Assembly: GCF_006345805.1 (NCBI RefSeq)
Contig: NC_043012.1
Span: 43,400,001-43,464,000 of the forward strand
Source: Octopus sinensis
Taxonomy: Eukaryota
DNA: 64,000 bases
Direction of reading: 5' to 3'
A model generated the notes under the pieces. That model was not told where the DNA came from. It was given only the letters and a program-made list of their open reading frames with translations, and did no database searches. Shown one piece after another: positions 1 to 12,575 of the stretch; the first letter of the stretch is position 1; each line of letters opens with the position of its first letter. Both the position numbers and the translations under genes were made by a program.

Positions 1-134
1 CTCATTCAGAACCCCTACCACAAAATATAATGAGTAGATATGGAAATGACTCCAACAAGGCCAATGTTTCATCTGGTAATTAGCAGAAATTTACAATAGT
101 TTAATCTGGCCGAAGACTTTTGCACGGTACTGTA
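1..134. mobile_element. End of Tc1-like non-autonomous element (MITE/deletion derivative)
   Basis: Ends in GGCCGAAGACTTTTGCACGGTACTG+TA (Tc1-type CAGT.. terminus on the reverse strand); 1-134 aligns by eye with ~19275-19444. Confidence 0.5.
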
Positions 135-138
135 TATA

Positions 139-1425
139 CCTGGGGTGTTCAATAAGTAATGCCCCTGGCCCACTTCCCATAGGAGTAGAGCAACGAAACT
201 TGGAACAGTTATTAGTCTTTTTCTACATAGGAACCACCGAGTTACGCATTTCTTCCATCGTTTGATGCAGCTCTGAAGACCGTTTTTGTAGAAGACCCCA
301 GCTTGGTCCTCCAACCACGACGTAACTTCAGAAATCAAGGCTGCATCATCTGGGAAACGCTTTCCTTTCAAAAATAACTTCATGGCTGGGAAGAGGTGAA
401 AATCAGAGGGTGCAAGGTCAGGAGAGTAGGGGGATGGGGGATGAGTTCATAGCCGCACGCCTGTGCTTCTGATCTGGCGACACGCGAGTTGTGGATCGGA
501 GCGTTGTCCTGCAGGAGGAGGATGCCTTTGCTGATCTTGCCCCGCCTCTTGATTTTGATAGCTTCTCTTAATTTCCTCAAAAGTGAAGCATAATAGACTC
601 CTGTAATTGTGGTACCCTTTGCTAGGAAATCTGTCTTCACTACTCCGTCCTGGTCCCAGAAGATTGTAAGCATGACCTTGCCAGCGGAGGGCTGCACCCT
701 TGCCTTCTTTGGAGGAGGTGAGTCACGGTGCTTCCACTGCATTGACTGGGCTTTGGTCTCTGGATCATAGTGATGGACCCAGGTTTTATCCTATGCAATC
801 AGTCTTTTGAAAAATTTTGACTCATCTTCTTGGCACATCTCCAAATTCATCCTCGAGCAATCGACGCGTTCTTGCTTCTGGAAAGGCGTGAGCAGCCTGG
901 AAATCCATCTGGCAGACACCTTTTGCATATGCAAATGGTCATGAATGATAGTTTCCACAGACCCGGTACTAATCTTGACCTGATGAGCTATTTGGCGAAT
1001 AGTTATGCGTCGATCTTCCAAAATGGCAGCCTCAACTTGACAGACAGATGCATCATCAATGGCAGAAGGGGGCGACCAGGTCTGGGAGCTGTTTCCATAG
1101 AGTTCTGACCATGTTTGAATTCAAAATGCCAGCGTTTTACAAGGTCATATGATGGGGCATCATCACCATAAGTTACTTTCATTTCATCAAAAATCTCCCG
1201 TGGTGTGCGACCTTTCAAATACAAAAACCGGATCACTGCTCGACACTCAACATACTCCATTTCACACTTGACTCAGTTCAAACACCTGTAAATCGGAAAC
1301 CACAATTAGTTCAGAGCTGTAATTTGCTACTTAATCTATAGAGATATAAATAATTGCACATGCAATTTCAGCTAGATCAAACAACTGCAAGTGGGTCAGG
1401 GGCATTACTTATTGAACGCCCCTCG
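139..1425 (-). mobile_element. mariner transposon, irritans-subfamily-like, full length, decayed
   Basis: TIRs CCTGGGGTGTTCAATAAGTAATGCCCCTGGCCCAC (139-) and revcomp CGAGGGGCGTTCAATAAGTAATGCCCCTGACCCAC (-1425); TA at 137-138 and 1426-1427; 1287 bp. Confidence 0.95.
212..1260 (-). pseudogene. mariner DD34D transposase, frameshifted
   Basis: ORF pieces MEYVECRAVIRFLYLKG..GRP, VSARWISRLLT (WVPR-like), GKVMLTIFWD, LLQDNAPIH, HPP-YSPDL-like; split over four ORFs. Confidence 0.93.
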
Positions 1426-1439
1426 TATTTATACATTTG

Positions 1440-1558
1440 AAGGCGCCTGACCCAGTTTGTTAGGGTATTGCACTCACGATGGCAATATCGTGGTTTAGGT
1501 TCCCAGACTGGGCATTGTGTCGTGTTCTTTAGCAAAGCACTACCTTTCACGTTGCTCT
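1440..1558 (+). mobile_element. tRNA-derived SINE, 5' fragment
   Basis: Degenerate A/B-box head followed by GTGTTCTTTAGCAAAGCACTACCTTTCACGTTGCTC, similar to the SINE at 42813. Confidence 0.55.
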
Positions 1559-2229
1559 GCGATCATTTTGTCATCTGACATGCGGTACACCTATACAGGT
1601 AATGTCGAGTTGGTGGAGAGAATGAACTTACGTGAACACAAAAATTTGATCACTATAAACAAATAATCTGTGTGGTTGTTCGGCCAGACATTACCGAACC
1701 CTCTTTCGTCGTGTATATATATATATATATTATATATATATATATATAATATATATATATATGTCTTCTTTATTACATAATTTACATTCTTCCTCTGAAG
1801 AAGGAGCTGGTTTCTAACAAAGATACAAACCTTCATCTTTAGAATGTAGATGAGGAAAACAGTGTCACATTTTAAACCTGTGAAAGTCTTGCTTAGTTTT
1901 ACTGTTTTGATTACAGATTGCATTTGTTGTCATTTTCTAAAAATCCAATCATATTCAGACTGACAATTAGGCATTTACTTACAAAATCAAATGCCCCAGT
2001 TATTATTGGTAAATGTAAGTCCGGATACATTTATTATTATTTATACTTGGTTTAGATGTAAGTATCCAAGTAAAACGGTTTAGAAATAGAGTCCAAGTAA
2101 AATACGATTAGTACTTAGCTTGCAGGTGCTGTAGTGTTGATTTCGTCGGAGGGTGTGTTGTTAGTTTCAGCCACAATTGTGATAGCGTAAACCCACGTGG
2201 TATAAGGTATATTTTAAAAATCCGGTCTG

Positions 2230-2780
2230 AATAACGCCGCGTTGGTTGGTAAAAGGTGTTTCTCTTATTTGTAATAGGAGAAATAAACCAGTTACTGTTT
2301 TAGGCTAGAGGAGTCGGCATAAATATAACCCCACCAAACTTGCTTGGTGAGGAGGGTGTTTACTGGACACCCTGCGGGATGAAAATCAAAATCCGTCAAA
2401 GGGCGGAGGAACTCTTGAGAGTCAACGGCCATCCTATAAATGTCTTAAGGCTGTATCATGCGCGGGGACATAGAAATAATCGGACTGAATACCCGATCGC
2501 GCGGTTAAACCATTGGGAGTGAAGGACTCCTAGCCTTTGTTAGGGCATCCTTCTAGGAGAAGGTAACTCAGGTAACTGGGATAATTCCGATATAAAACCT
2601 GCGGCTCAGTGGTTACCGATGATGTTGACTTGTTCTTCTTTTCGGATTATGGCTGCTGTTGCTTAGTGAGTGGGATTGACTAAGTGCACAGCCTTTCCTC
2701 ACTTAAAAAAAATCTTCTTGCACATTGATTAAATTTCGTGCAATGGCCATACTCGATAACGAGGGGGCAGCCACCATGTA
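2230..2780 (+). mobile_element. Probable RTE-clade LINE 5' UTR fragment
   Basis: GC-richer, hairpin-rich segment with AGGGCATCCTTCTAGGAGAAGGTAACTC..AAAACCTGC motif reminiscent of RTE 5' UTRs; no ORF. Confidence 0.4.
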
Positions 2781-3065
2781 TGTATGTGTGTGTGTATGTA
2801 CGTATGTATGTATGTTTGTATGTGTGTATGTATGTGTATATGTATGTATGTATGCATGCATGCAGGTATGTATCATGTATCTTGGGGATGCTTATGTAAA
2901 ATAAAAATAGGTATATTTGGATACGTGCCTATTATTGTCAAAAAGCAAACGGATACGTTGGAATAGGTAGCCTGATTGATGATGTTCTTTACCAAAATGC
3001 TCTGATCCTATGTCTGCACCGTCAGAAAATCGGTCCTTGTGACACTGACTGTATATTGCATTTCT

Positions 3066-3290
3066 TAAAGTGGAAAGCGGGCAGAATCGATAGCCCGCAG
3101 GAGAAAAAGCTCAGCGGCATTTCGTCCATCTTTACGTTTAAAGTTCAAATTCCAACGAGGTCTCCGTTACCTTTCATCCTTCCGGAGTCAATAAAATAAG
3201 TGCCAGTCGAACAGTGGGGTCGACCTAATTGAGTAGCCCCCTACAAACACATTTTAGGCCTTGTGCCTATAGTAGGAAGAAATATTACAT
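3066..3290 (+). mobile_element. tRNA-derived SINE with conserved central domain (MetaSINE-like)
   Basis: B-box-like GTTCAAATTCC then CCTTTCATCCTTCCGGAGTCAATAAAATAAGTGCCAG, shared with copies at ~18000, 32060, 56490, 60508. Confidence 0.7.
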
Positions 3291-3744
3291 GAGAGTAACA
3301 CTATATTGTAATACATATCAATCGCTGATTAACTCGGATTTCATGTGAAGAACAGATATCTTTTTCAATTATATGAACTATTTAATCTAATTTAATCTCA
3401 ATTTGATATTACGTAATTTACTCTGAGTAGTAAAAGTCGTAGTTGTATCGTTGTTAACATAATATGCTATTTAGCCTGTAAATGATCGCTGATAAATAAC
3501 CAACTCCAACTTTACTTCTGAAGAATTAATAATATGTACATAAGAGCCTATATAAACATCAAAGGTTTTTGAGTTGCAACCCCTCATTTTACGAACATCT
3601 CTAATTATTCATTTAAGTAAATGACTAATAAAGAACTACTGAAATATAAGCTATATCTTAAAAAAAACTTTATGCAGAAACTTATAATTCCCAAATATTC
3701 AAGAATTAATATGCATTAATCGGAAATAAAAAGAACATCTCGGT

Positions 3745-5215
3745 CCATCATCCCTGCCTCGAGGAACTGGATACATTCCAGGCCAGTGCCTGCAATCAAG
3801 TTGTCGATGTAGGTGTTTCACTTTTCTTACATCACCATGAAGTGGGTTCCACAAGACTAATTTGGATGCTTCCAGTTCTTTAACTTATCTTCTCACTCAC
3901 TTTCGGCAGGCCTCAATAAAGGCATTCATTTGTCATATGTTTTTGTCATTTCACATTTAGGGCCATTCGAAGCAGCCTTGTGTAGCATCCACCGGGCCCG
4001 TTTCATAATTTCTTTGTCAGTGTCCATGTTTCACTGCCATATAATACACTGATTCGCCAATTACAAGGAAAAGCTTGATTTTGATTTGCCTGAGCAATAT
4101 GGAGTTCTAGAGCTTTTTAGTTTGTGACAGGCTGTTTATGCTTGCACCTCCCTGATTTTGCGCTTCCGAAATGCTCCCCCAACCACCTAAGTACTTGAAG
4201 TCTTCAGTAACATTCAGTTTGGAACCGTTCAATGTAAACAGTTCAGCATCACTTGATTGGTTGAAAGACTTGTATTCAGTTTTCTTGATATTTGTATGCT
4301 GGTCAATTGTAGCAGCTGTTGTGCTTGATTCTAGATATCAGTGCTATATCATCTGCGAAATCCAAGTCTGTGATGGCTACTGCTGATACTCTCCGCGAGC
4401 TTTGCTGGTCTATGATGAAACTAAGGTTTTCGTCATTGTTGTGTCTACCACGTGTCTACAAGTCATTGATGTTTACATACCAGCTCCAGGAATGCGTTTA
4501 ATATGTACATTGGTATATCCAATAACTTAACACCGCTATATGTGGTGGCTATATAAACAGTGTGTTCAGAGGCGAGAATGGATTAGATGGTGAGAATACT
4601 GATAAAAGGGCAAACCCCCCGAAATATGGCATGTACTCTCATTACCCATTTTTGTCTTCGATCTCATTGTTTTTTTTACATCTGATGTCTCAATATGAAG
4701 CGTTGTAGCAGAAAATCAGTGATGGCTATAATTTCTATAGAATATCAGTAGAAATAACCTTAACAAAATTGTTGTCTCTATCCTGCTGCATTGCATAATC
4801 CAAGACAATTGTAAACAGGTATGGTGCAGGCGTATGTTCTTGTGGAACCCCATCTAGTATTTGAAAGAATTCCATTTCTCCGTCAGTTGGCAGCACACGA
4901 GCTCTGCTCTTCTCGTAGATCTTTACAATAGCAAGAATGGGTTCTTCTGGAATTCCATATGCTTGAAGGATCTTCAACGTTTTGTAACGAGAGATGCTGT
5001 CACACGCTTCACTGAAGTCCACAAAGGTTATATTGGCAGGTAGCTGTCTTGATTTAACTTCTATGATACGTCTCAGAGCTAAGATATGAGATGCTTTGGA
5101 TCTCCCTGGTCTAAATTCGTTTCGATTCGATCTCAGATGGCTATCAAGCACCGGATGAAGGTCTAACTGAATGCAAAATGTCAGTGATAAAATTCCCACC
5201 CGACTCAACAGCGAT
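3745..5215 (-). pseudogene. RTE-clade LINE reverse transcriptase, decayed
   Basis: FRPGRS..HILALRRIIE, FVDFSEACDSI, GVPQEHTPAPYLFTIVLDYAM (ORF 4735-5208); downstream AITDLDFADDIALIS and YGSETWTLTK..GCYTRLLRMALN. Confidence 0.9.
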
Positions 5216-5299
5216 TAGTCTAACGAACTAAGAGACAAAGCTACCTAATAGTATAAGGAAAATGATAACACAACATGTATATTAGATACAAAATCTATA

Positions 5300-5870
5300 A
5301 CAGAAAATATACGAACACGAAATACATAACACTACATCTTAAATTAACACTAGATATATACTATTAAATAGTAAAATAAAAATCCTTGTTAACCAACTAC
5401 AAGGATATACGCTCAAGAACAAGTTACTAATGACCAATATGATTGGAAAATCGATTGTAAACGTAAAAAGCTGCAAACTTAATGAGTGTAACTGTTAGGC
5501 TATACAAGTGCAACATTTGCTTATCGGTTCACAATGTATTTACAAACATGGACCAATTGCAATGTACCACACAAAACTAGATAGAAAACTAGGTGGTGAA
5601 CAACACACCTATAATAATACACGCATAAGTAGACGGTTGGCGATGAAAACAATACACATAGCATAGCACAGCAAACTTGCAGACGAGATGTCATATACTA
5701 CAAACAAATATGTCTGATTGCTAACGTTTAAATCTACTGATTCAGTTTTTGGTGATTTTACTGATTAACTCGGGCTACTGTAAAAAAGCAGCAGCATACG
5801 TCCCCAGCATTGTATCATGAAGATGAAAACTGGAAACGTTCTGAATGGATCTCTTCAAAACAAATACAAG
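5300..5870 (+). mobile_element. Possible Penelope-like element 3' remnant
   Basis: Weak degenerate C-terminal peptide ending just before an HHR-like motif (ATGAAGA..GAAACGTT, 5817-5840). Confidence 0.3.
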
Positions 5871-5945
5871 GATCTTATTAAAAAAATATGAATAAAACTT
5901 TCACTGGAACAGTTGCATATTCAATGAAATACTCCCAATATACAT

Positions 5946-6310
5946 AGGTGCAGGCGTGGATGTGTGGTAAGAAGTTTCTTCTCAACCACATGGTTTCAGG
6001 TTCAGTCCTGCTGCGGTGCGCCATGGGTATGTGTCGCCAACCAAGGCCTCGTGAGTGGATTTGGTAGGAGCAAACTTGTGCGTATGTACAAGACCACTGT
6101 ATTTCACCACTGCTTGACAAACGGTGTTGGTGTGTTTACATTTTCCTCCCCGTAACATAGGGGTCGGCAAAAGAGACCGATAGAATAAGTACCACGCTTA
6201 AAAAGAAATGTCTTAGGGTGGATGTTTTTCGATTAAAACCATTCAAGCGGTGCCCCAGCGTGGCCGCAGTCTAATGACTGCAACAAGTAAAAGTTAAAAG
6301 ATAAAAGATA
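5946..6310 (+). mobile_element. Composite tRNA-derived SINE (head plus second module)
   Basis: GCAGGCGTGGATGTGTGGTAAG..GGTTCAGTCC head; 3' module ..CAAAAGAGACCGATAGAATAAGTAC..GGCCGCAGTC..(AAAAGAT)n; matches 48654-49072. Confidence 0.8.
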
Positions 6311-6329
6311 CATATATAAACAATTTCCG

Positions 6330-6429
6330 TTTCGGTCTCGGGAGTCAACGCGCTTTTTGCTGGAAAGCAGCAGCAGCTGGATTTTTGCACAGACATTTTC
6401 CTTTCCTGGAGAAACGGACGTCACGACAC
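6330..6429 (-). CDS. Candidate internal exon of the minus-strand gene (unconfirmed)
   Basis: TTACAG|G acceptor at 6430 with a long pyrimidine tract upstream (~6470-6545); phase-1 frame open (SVVTSVSPGKENVCAKIQ..); no strong donor seen. Confidence 0.2.
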
Positions 6430-7019
6430 CTGTAACACCGAAATATAACTGATTCTTCTTATAAGGTGGCAGAGACAGAAGGGAGAGGAGAGAAGGAAGG
6501 AGATAGAGTGAGTGAGAGAGAATGGGAAAGAATGAGAGAACAGTTAATAGTCTACTAATAATCTATTCCACAACTTGTTTGTTGATTTTATTTATCGATG
6601 CGGAGCGACAAAAGGTAAATGATTTAAGTGAGTCAGGTACTTAAACGGTAAAGCACCGGGTTAAATAAAGGGAATCGCGTATATCACGAAAGTATAGGAA
6701 CAAATGCTACATACCGACGTAGAGACAGATTATTATTCCAGTTGTATGTACAATTAACCGCACCCGACTGAGTATATTATGAGTCCAAAGACTGTATTCA
6801 GGAACACACATTGCACCACTAAGAAAAATATGTAAATATTAACAAATGGATTTTATATTCAACTCTGTTTTGTGCGACTCTGGTTAGTTAAATTCAGCTT
6901 GACCAACCTCTATACGCATCAAAGAATGTACTATTTGCTGCTATTATATAAAAGAGCAGAAAATATTGGATTGTGAAGGACGAGTTCTGCATTCAGAGTT
7001 GACGACGCGTAATGACGCA

Positions 7020-7262
7020 CAAACGCATGCAAACTAAGATCAGATGATGTCATTCAGAGCCTAATCTGTTTTTACACATATTATCTGTGAGAAAGATTTT
7101 CTCCCGAGAATATTTGTGCAGTGAAAGGTCTTCCCAGACAATAACAAATAATATCGTATTTATTGTCTGTGAAAAATATAGAATATAAAACAAATTTGAT
7201 AAAAAATTGTACCTACTTTTCTGACGAAAACAATGCCGTTCTGAACATTTTGGCCGCAACTG

Positions 7263-7264
<2 letters not shown>
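7020..7264. mobile_element. Tc1-like element terminus
   Basis: Ends TTTTGGCCGCAACTG+TA (revcomp TACAGTTGCGGCCAAAA); partner TIR not found. Confidence 0.35.
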
Positions 7265-7396
<132 letters not shown>

Positions 7397-8099
7397 GTAT
7401 AAAATATATAAAGAAAAATACATCAATACACACACACACACACATATATATGGCGTGCACATGTATCCATACATGTGTAAATATTTAACCACTCATACGA
7501 ACGCGCACACACATATGCATAAAATATACGTACACATAATGTGTTGATGCACCTCAAGCAAGATTAGTCTGTCTATAACGTCTTTGTTATAGCAGTGCGA
7601 GAACTGTTATTAAATAAATGCTGATATATCCTAATGTACGCATAACATCAGAATATTATTACAGACAATATGAGCTTTTCTGTTGAATTAGGTTTTACTG
7701 TTTAACTGTATAGACAAATACTGAGATAGAGATTTAGAGAAAAATCTAGACGAGCAGAAAGATATATAGACGGCTAGATAAGCAGATAGGTGGTCCGATG
7801 AACTGATGGACGTATAGACATCTAGATGGAAATATGGAAAGACGGATTGTTTGATAGATGCGTAGAGGAGTAAAGGAGCAAAGTAGATGTTAAAATAACG
7901 TTATTATCATAAAAGTTTAAGAGTGACAACAGAACATTTACTGATGAGATGCCGCGATACTGTGAGTACAGCGAAATTGTAAAGAGTAGCTTGATTGGGA
8001 GTTCGAGTTTCACCTATCAGCTATTAGATTGAAATAAGGTTAGATAAATGGGTAAATATGAAATTAAGTTAAATTAACAAACAAATAGCTGTAGGTTGA

Positions 8100-8480
8100 A
8101 TTTTATTCTTGGATAATAAAAAGACTTGCGATTATCGGAGCGGTTACTGTGTCTTTGTTTTCCGCTAAGGCCTGTGTGCTTCTTGTAAAACTTTGTAGGA
8201 ACACAGCACTTGACGATACATAAATGGCTTTCGAGAAATGGGTAAATTCTATATATCTTGCCGCACATGTACAGCTAATTTTGTATGCAACATTGTTTTC
8301 AAGCACATCAGCAAAGGATATTGGATGTATTACGCTATCGCCTGAATGAATATCGTCAAAAATAGCTTGGCTCTGATGGGGTAGTGCTGTGTGACATGTA
8401 TTGTCTTAAGGTGTGTTCTTGCTTTCTGATTTTAACAGGATGACCTGGTTTCTCAATGCAGAAGCTTTATTAAAAAGATG
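8100..8480 (-). pseudogene. Penelope-like GIY-YIG endonuclease remnant
   Basis: LENNVAYKISCTCAARYIEFT resembles the PLE NVVYKxxCxCGxxYIGxT motif. Confidence 0.55.
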
Positions 8481-9431
8481 ATGCAAGAATGTGAAAGACT
8501 GTGAGAGAGAAAATGAGTAAGAGGAGCAAAAGTAATTAAAGAGTGAAAACAATGGTGACAGAAAGTAACGGAGATAAAAGACAAATAAAAACAAACGTTG
8601 TCGAGATTTCACTACGGGTATCATCAGAGAAAAAAGGAAGCAGAAAGCGAAATGTGAGCGAGAAAGGAGTGGAAGAAACTCGAGAACAAAAAGAAAAACA
8701 GAAAAATTACTCTACCACGTCGACCTGCTTTGCTAAAGGAAACAGTTGAAAATCGGTTAAGAAAATAAAAGTAAAAAGTAAGCTTTTGACTGGATGCAAG
8801 TGTTAAGATAAAATCGAATAAATAAAAATGGTTGGTTGGTTGTATATAAGACAAAAAATACTTGATTGGGTATATCTATCAAAAACGAATAAGATCGTAT
8901 GAATAAATAAATCAATATGTAAAGAATAATAAATAAATATATCGATGCTATTCAGTCACATTATTCGGGTATCCTAGGCTATTAATTTTTTTTTATTCAC
9001 GCACAAATACTGCAAAATCAAAGGTTGAGAAAATGAGTTAGTAGAACACAAAAAGAAAAAAAGAAAAGAAAAAAAGAAAAATACAGAAAGTAAATATTTC
9101 TGTAACGGATCTGTTGTGTGAAAATTCATGAGTAACACTTACAATTACTAAGAGTGTCGTTTTTGCATTCAAGATGTTTTACTTCTTCAGGGATATTAAA
9201 ATATTTTCACTTCAGAAAAGATATAACTGAACTTTTAATGTTATCACATTTATAAGGTGCGAAAGCAATGATACATTAGGTTATATTAAAAGTAGTGTTT
9301 CAATGTTCAGATTTTATTTGAGAATAAAATACCCGGTCTCAAACTTTGAACATTTGGCTTAATAAATATATATTGTGACTCTCTACTTAATTGATGAATT
9401 CTTACTATTTTCCTGCAAACACACACTACAC

Positions 9432-9471
<40 letters not shown>

Positions 9472-9949
9472 AACACACACACACATACACACACACACAT
9501 ACACACACATAGCTAAGCATACATATAAACATATATACATTTCTTTCTTTTACTTTTTTATGTCTGTAGTATCAGACATTCTCCCAAGGTACCACGCAGT
9601 GGGACTGAACCGAAGCCATATCGTTGGGAAGCAATCCGCACCTGCGCATATGTAAACTTGTTTTTTTTTTTTAATATTTATTAGAGTTCTTCTTGGAAGA
9701 CCGGAACTGGTTTCTATCAAAGAAATAGAAGCCCTATCAGTGAAATTTGTGTAGCAACAAGGATAATTGTTACATAATGAATTTTTCGCTAGTTTTGTAT
9801 GTTTTTAGCCATTCGTATACAGATTGTATCCATAAAATGCATATTAGCCATTTTCTTACTTTTCTTGAAAATCCGAGCTTTTCTTGGTTGACTTTCCTCC
9901 ACGTAGACATTTACCATGATACCCACTTGCATCAATTGATATAAATGTG

Positions 9950-10275
9950 AAATTTCGATTCCCAGACTGGGCGTTGAGGGTGTTTATTGAGCAAAAACAC
10001 CTAAAGCTCCATGAGGCTCCGGCAGGGGATGGTGGCGAACCCTGCTGTACTCTTTCACCAAAACTTTCTTTAACTCTTTTTTCCTGTTTCTGTTGTACCT
10101 GTATTTCAAAGGGTCAGCTTTAACACAATTTCTGTCACGCTGAATCTCACTGAGAACTACGTTATGGGTACACGAGTATGTGGAGTGCTCAGCCACTTGC
10201 ACGTTAATTTCACGAGCAGGCTGTTCCGTTGACCGGATCAGCTGGGATCCTCGCCATCGTAACCGACGAAGTGCT
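9950..10275 (+). mobile_element. SINE, 5'-truncated
   Basis: TTCGATTCCCAGACTGGGCGTTG..GTGTTTATTGAGCAAAAACACCTAAAGCTCC shared with 63139-63440 and revcomp 19900-20045. Confidence 0.75.
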
Positions 10276-10319
10276 ACGGCTATGTATGTGTTCATCACTA
10301 GTTGCTGAGAATTGCTTCC

Positions 10320-12340
10320 GGCAATTGTTATTTAATTCACTAACTAGGTCCCTTGAGTCTTTGCGAATCGGTTGCCATACATTCAACTTCCAGTTACCCG
10401 ATTCCTGCTTATAAGTTCTATTCAAGTCATCCATGCAGATCACAGAGTTATGGTCTGTATAGCCAACTAGCTTGAAATGTTGTCATCCTACACCATACCT
10501 ACTCGTTGGTCTAACAAAAACTCTATCTATATGCTACCTGGGGCACATCCGAGAAATCCAGTCAGTACCTGTGGAAGAAGGTGAATACTTCAGAGCAGGT
10601 TTTCCTAGCCTTTTCGCTCCATTCTTCTATACTTTAATCCCACACCATCCCAACGTGCGTGTGAAATGTTACTTTAATCCCTTGCCAGTACTAGAAATGA
10701 TGACGTCCTCGGAAAAACTCCGAAGAAATCGAGCCACCTGGCGAGGCGTATAGGGTCGTTAGTCTGAAGTTACTGCTTTAGCTGCCGTAAGCGTCTAAGA
10801 CCGATTTACACAGTTTGGATCCAGAAAAATTGCTCATATCGCGATATCTAAGGATATCTGGAATAGCGGGGACATCAGATGACGGAGTCATTACAAGGAT
10901 TGCTTACATCAGTGTGGGGGTTTTCATAAAAAGATGTGGGGAAAACAGAGAGAGAAGGTATAGATGGGATAAAAAGTATACATCGTATAAAAGATATTTA
11001 GAATATAAGCAGAAAAGCACAAATTTCATTTACAGTTCAAAATTTAATTGTGCTTAACGGATGTTTCATTAGCAATAAAGATAATTGTTTATATAATTAT
11101 GCAATTAACAGTCCCCTTGGTATTAGTGAGCCTCCGACTAAGTCCATTCAAGGAAACCCCACAGATCTAGTATCACCTTGACCACTAAGGGCACAAGACT
11201 TCGCCAGCTGTTATTTTCCAATGTATAGGCACATGCTTGGAGTAATTCCGTTCAACCTTATAATAGCTATGATTACCTTTTCTTTATTAGCGCAATAGCT
11301 CGCAGAGATACATAAGTATGAATCTTTTACTAGGGATTATAAAAAAAAAACCGGAGTGTGAAAGAAAAATTTACAAATACGAAAGAGGAGGGGAGAGAGA
11401 AGTTACACAGTTAATGGAAACATTAAGATTTCAAAAGTAGAAAACTCTGCACGGGAATAAATATAACAAGTTTTTTTTTCTGTGCATTCTCGGACTATTC
11501 TTAGCACGACGGGTACAACAGATAGTTTTTTCCTTGTATTATTAATCTTATTCATTTTGTCTCAGCGCCTTTTAATGAGCGGAGTTCCAGTATGACTCTG
11601 TGACCTTCGGAGTGGTCATTACGACTTGCAAACCCATTTTGACCCCCTTGATCACATGTCATTTTTCTTTAGTTCTACTTTGACCATTCACTCGTACTCT
11701 GTTGCAAAAGTGACGACTAGCCATGAATCTACATTGCGTTGTCTCGATACATGATGTACTCTTTTATTTCTTTTCACCTTGTACTGGGGTACAAATGTAT
11801 ACTCTGTAGCATGTCTGACAATTTCAGCCTGTGTTTTGACTGAGTCTTCAGTTTTGAAGGTACAGCATGTAGTGCTATAGCTTTTGGCTTCTTCAGTCGA
11901 GTGGATATTTACGAGATGTACTGAAAAGCTTTTTGTATTACTTGTAAAGGTAGATTTAGTTCACTTCCGTCGTTTGGGAAGTGAAGGTGTATGGCTTCCC
12001 TCTTTACTTTCCCCTAGATTAGCTTCTACTGGACAGAAATGCTGCCCGGAATTACAAAATTGTCTTGTAGTTTTGATAAGTGTAAATATTCTGGTTCTTC
12101 AGTTTACTTTAAAAGAAACTTCACTTTGACACAACTTGTGTTTGATTCTATGTATGAGTCGCCACTGTTGCTATTATGATCGCTATCTTTGAAACTACCG
12201 GTTTGAGTGTTTGGGACAATTTTATCTAAAATGTTCATTTTTCTCCTTTTTGTAGTTACAGCCATTTGTTTTACTTTGTGCTTTTCTATGTTGTTTTCGG
12301 CTCTAGAGTTCAGTCCTGTAACGCAAGTAGCCATTTTGGA
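10320..12340 (-). mobile_element. Tx1/L1-like LINE remnant (ORF1 plus APE endonuclease), decayed
   Basis: APE motifs HIDRVFVR..FKLVGYTDH..GNWKLN and IFLDP at 10320-10900, homologous to 57184-57882; upstream ORF1-like peptide (ATEYTFVPQY..DSWLVV) at 11560-12334. Confidence 0.7.
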
Positions 12341-12575
12341 TGGGAAAATGTAATGTGAGTAAATATAATTTTAAAAATGTGTGAAAGAATCCCTTACATA
12401 TGTACCACCAGACATTCAGCGCAAAATTTCCTTGGGGAATTATAATTCATTTTAAGTACTCAAAAGAAAATTCCTCTTGGCAATGTTTAATTGCATTGTG
12501 CCTCGGAAAAGAACACACAGCGAGTCGAATATGTTAACAACAGTAACAATAATAATAACAATGATGATGATAAAA

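Noticed and set aside
2310-2440. HDV-like ribozyme at the RTE-like 5' UTR
   Set aside because: Could not place P3/L3 (YCCNCGY-type loop) or a short J4/2 in the required order; kept only as hairpins.
6999-7035. TTGACGA-C-GCGT-AATG-ACGC-ACAAAC-GCATGC
   Set aside because: GAAA, cleavage triplet and stem I all absent; too degenerate to call.
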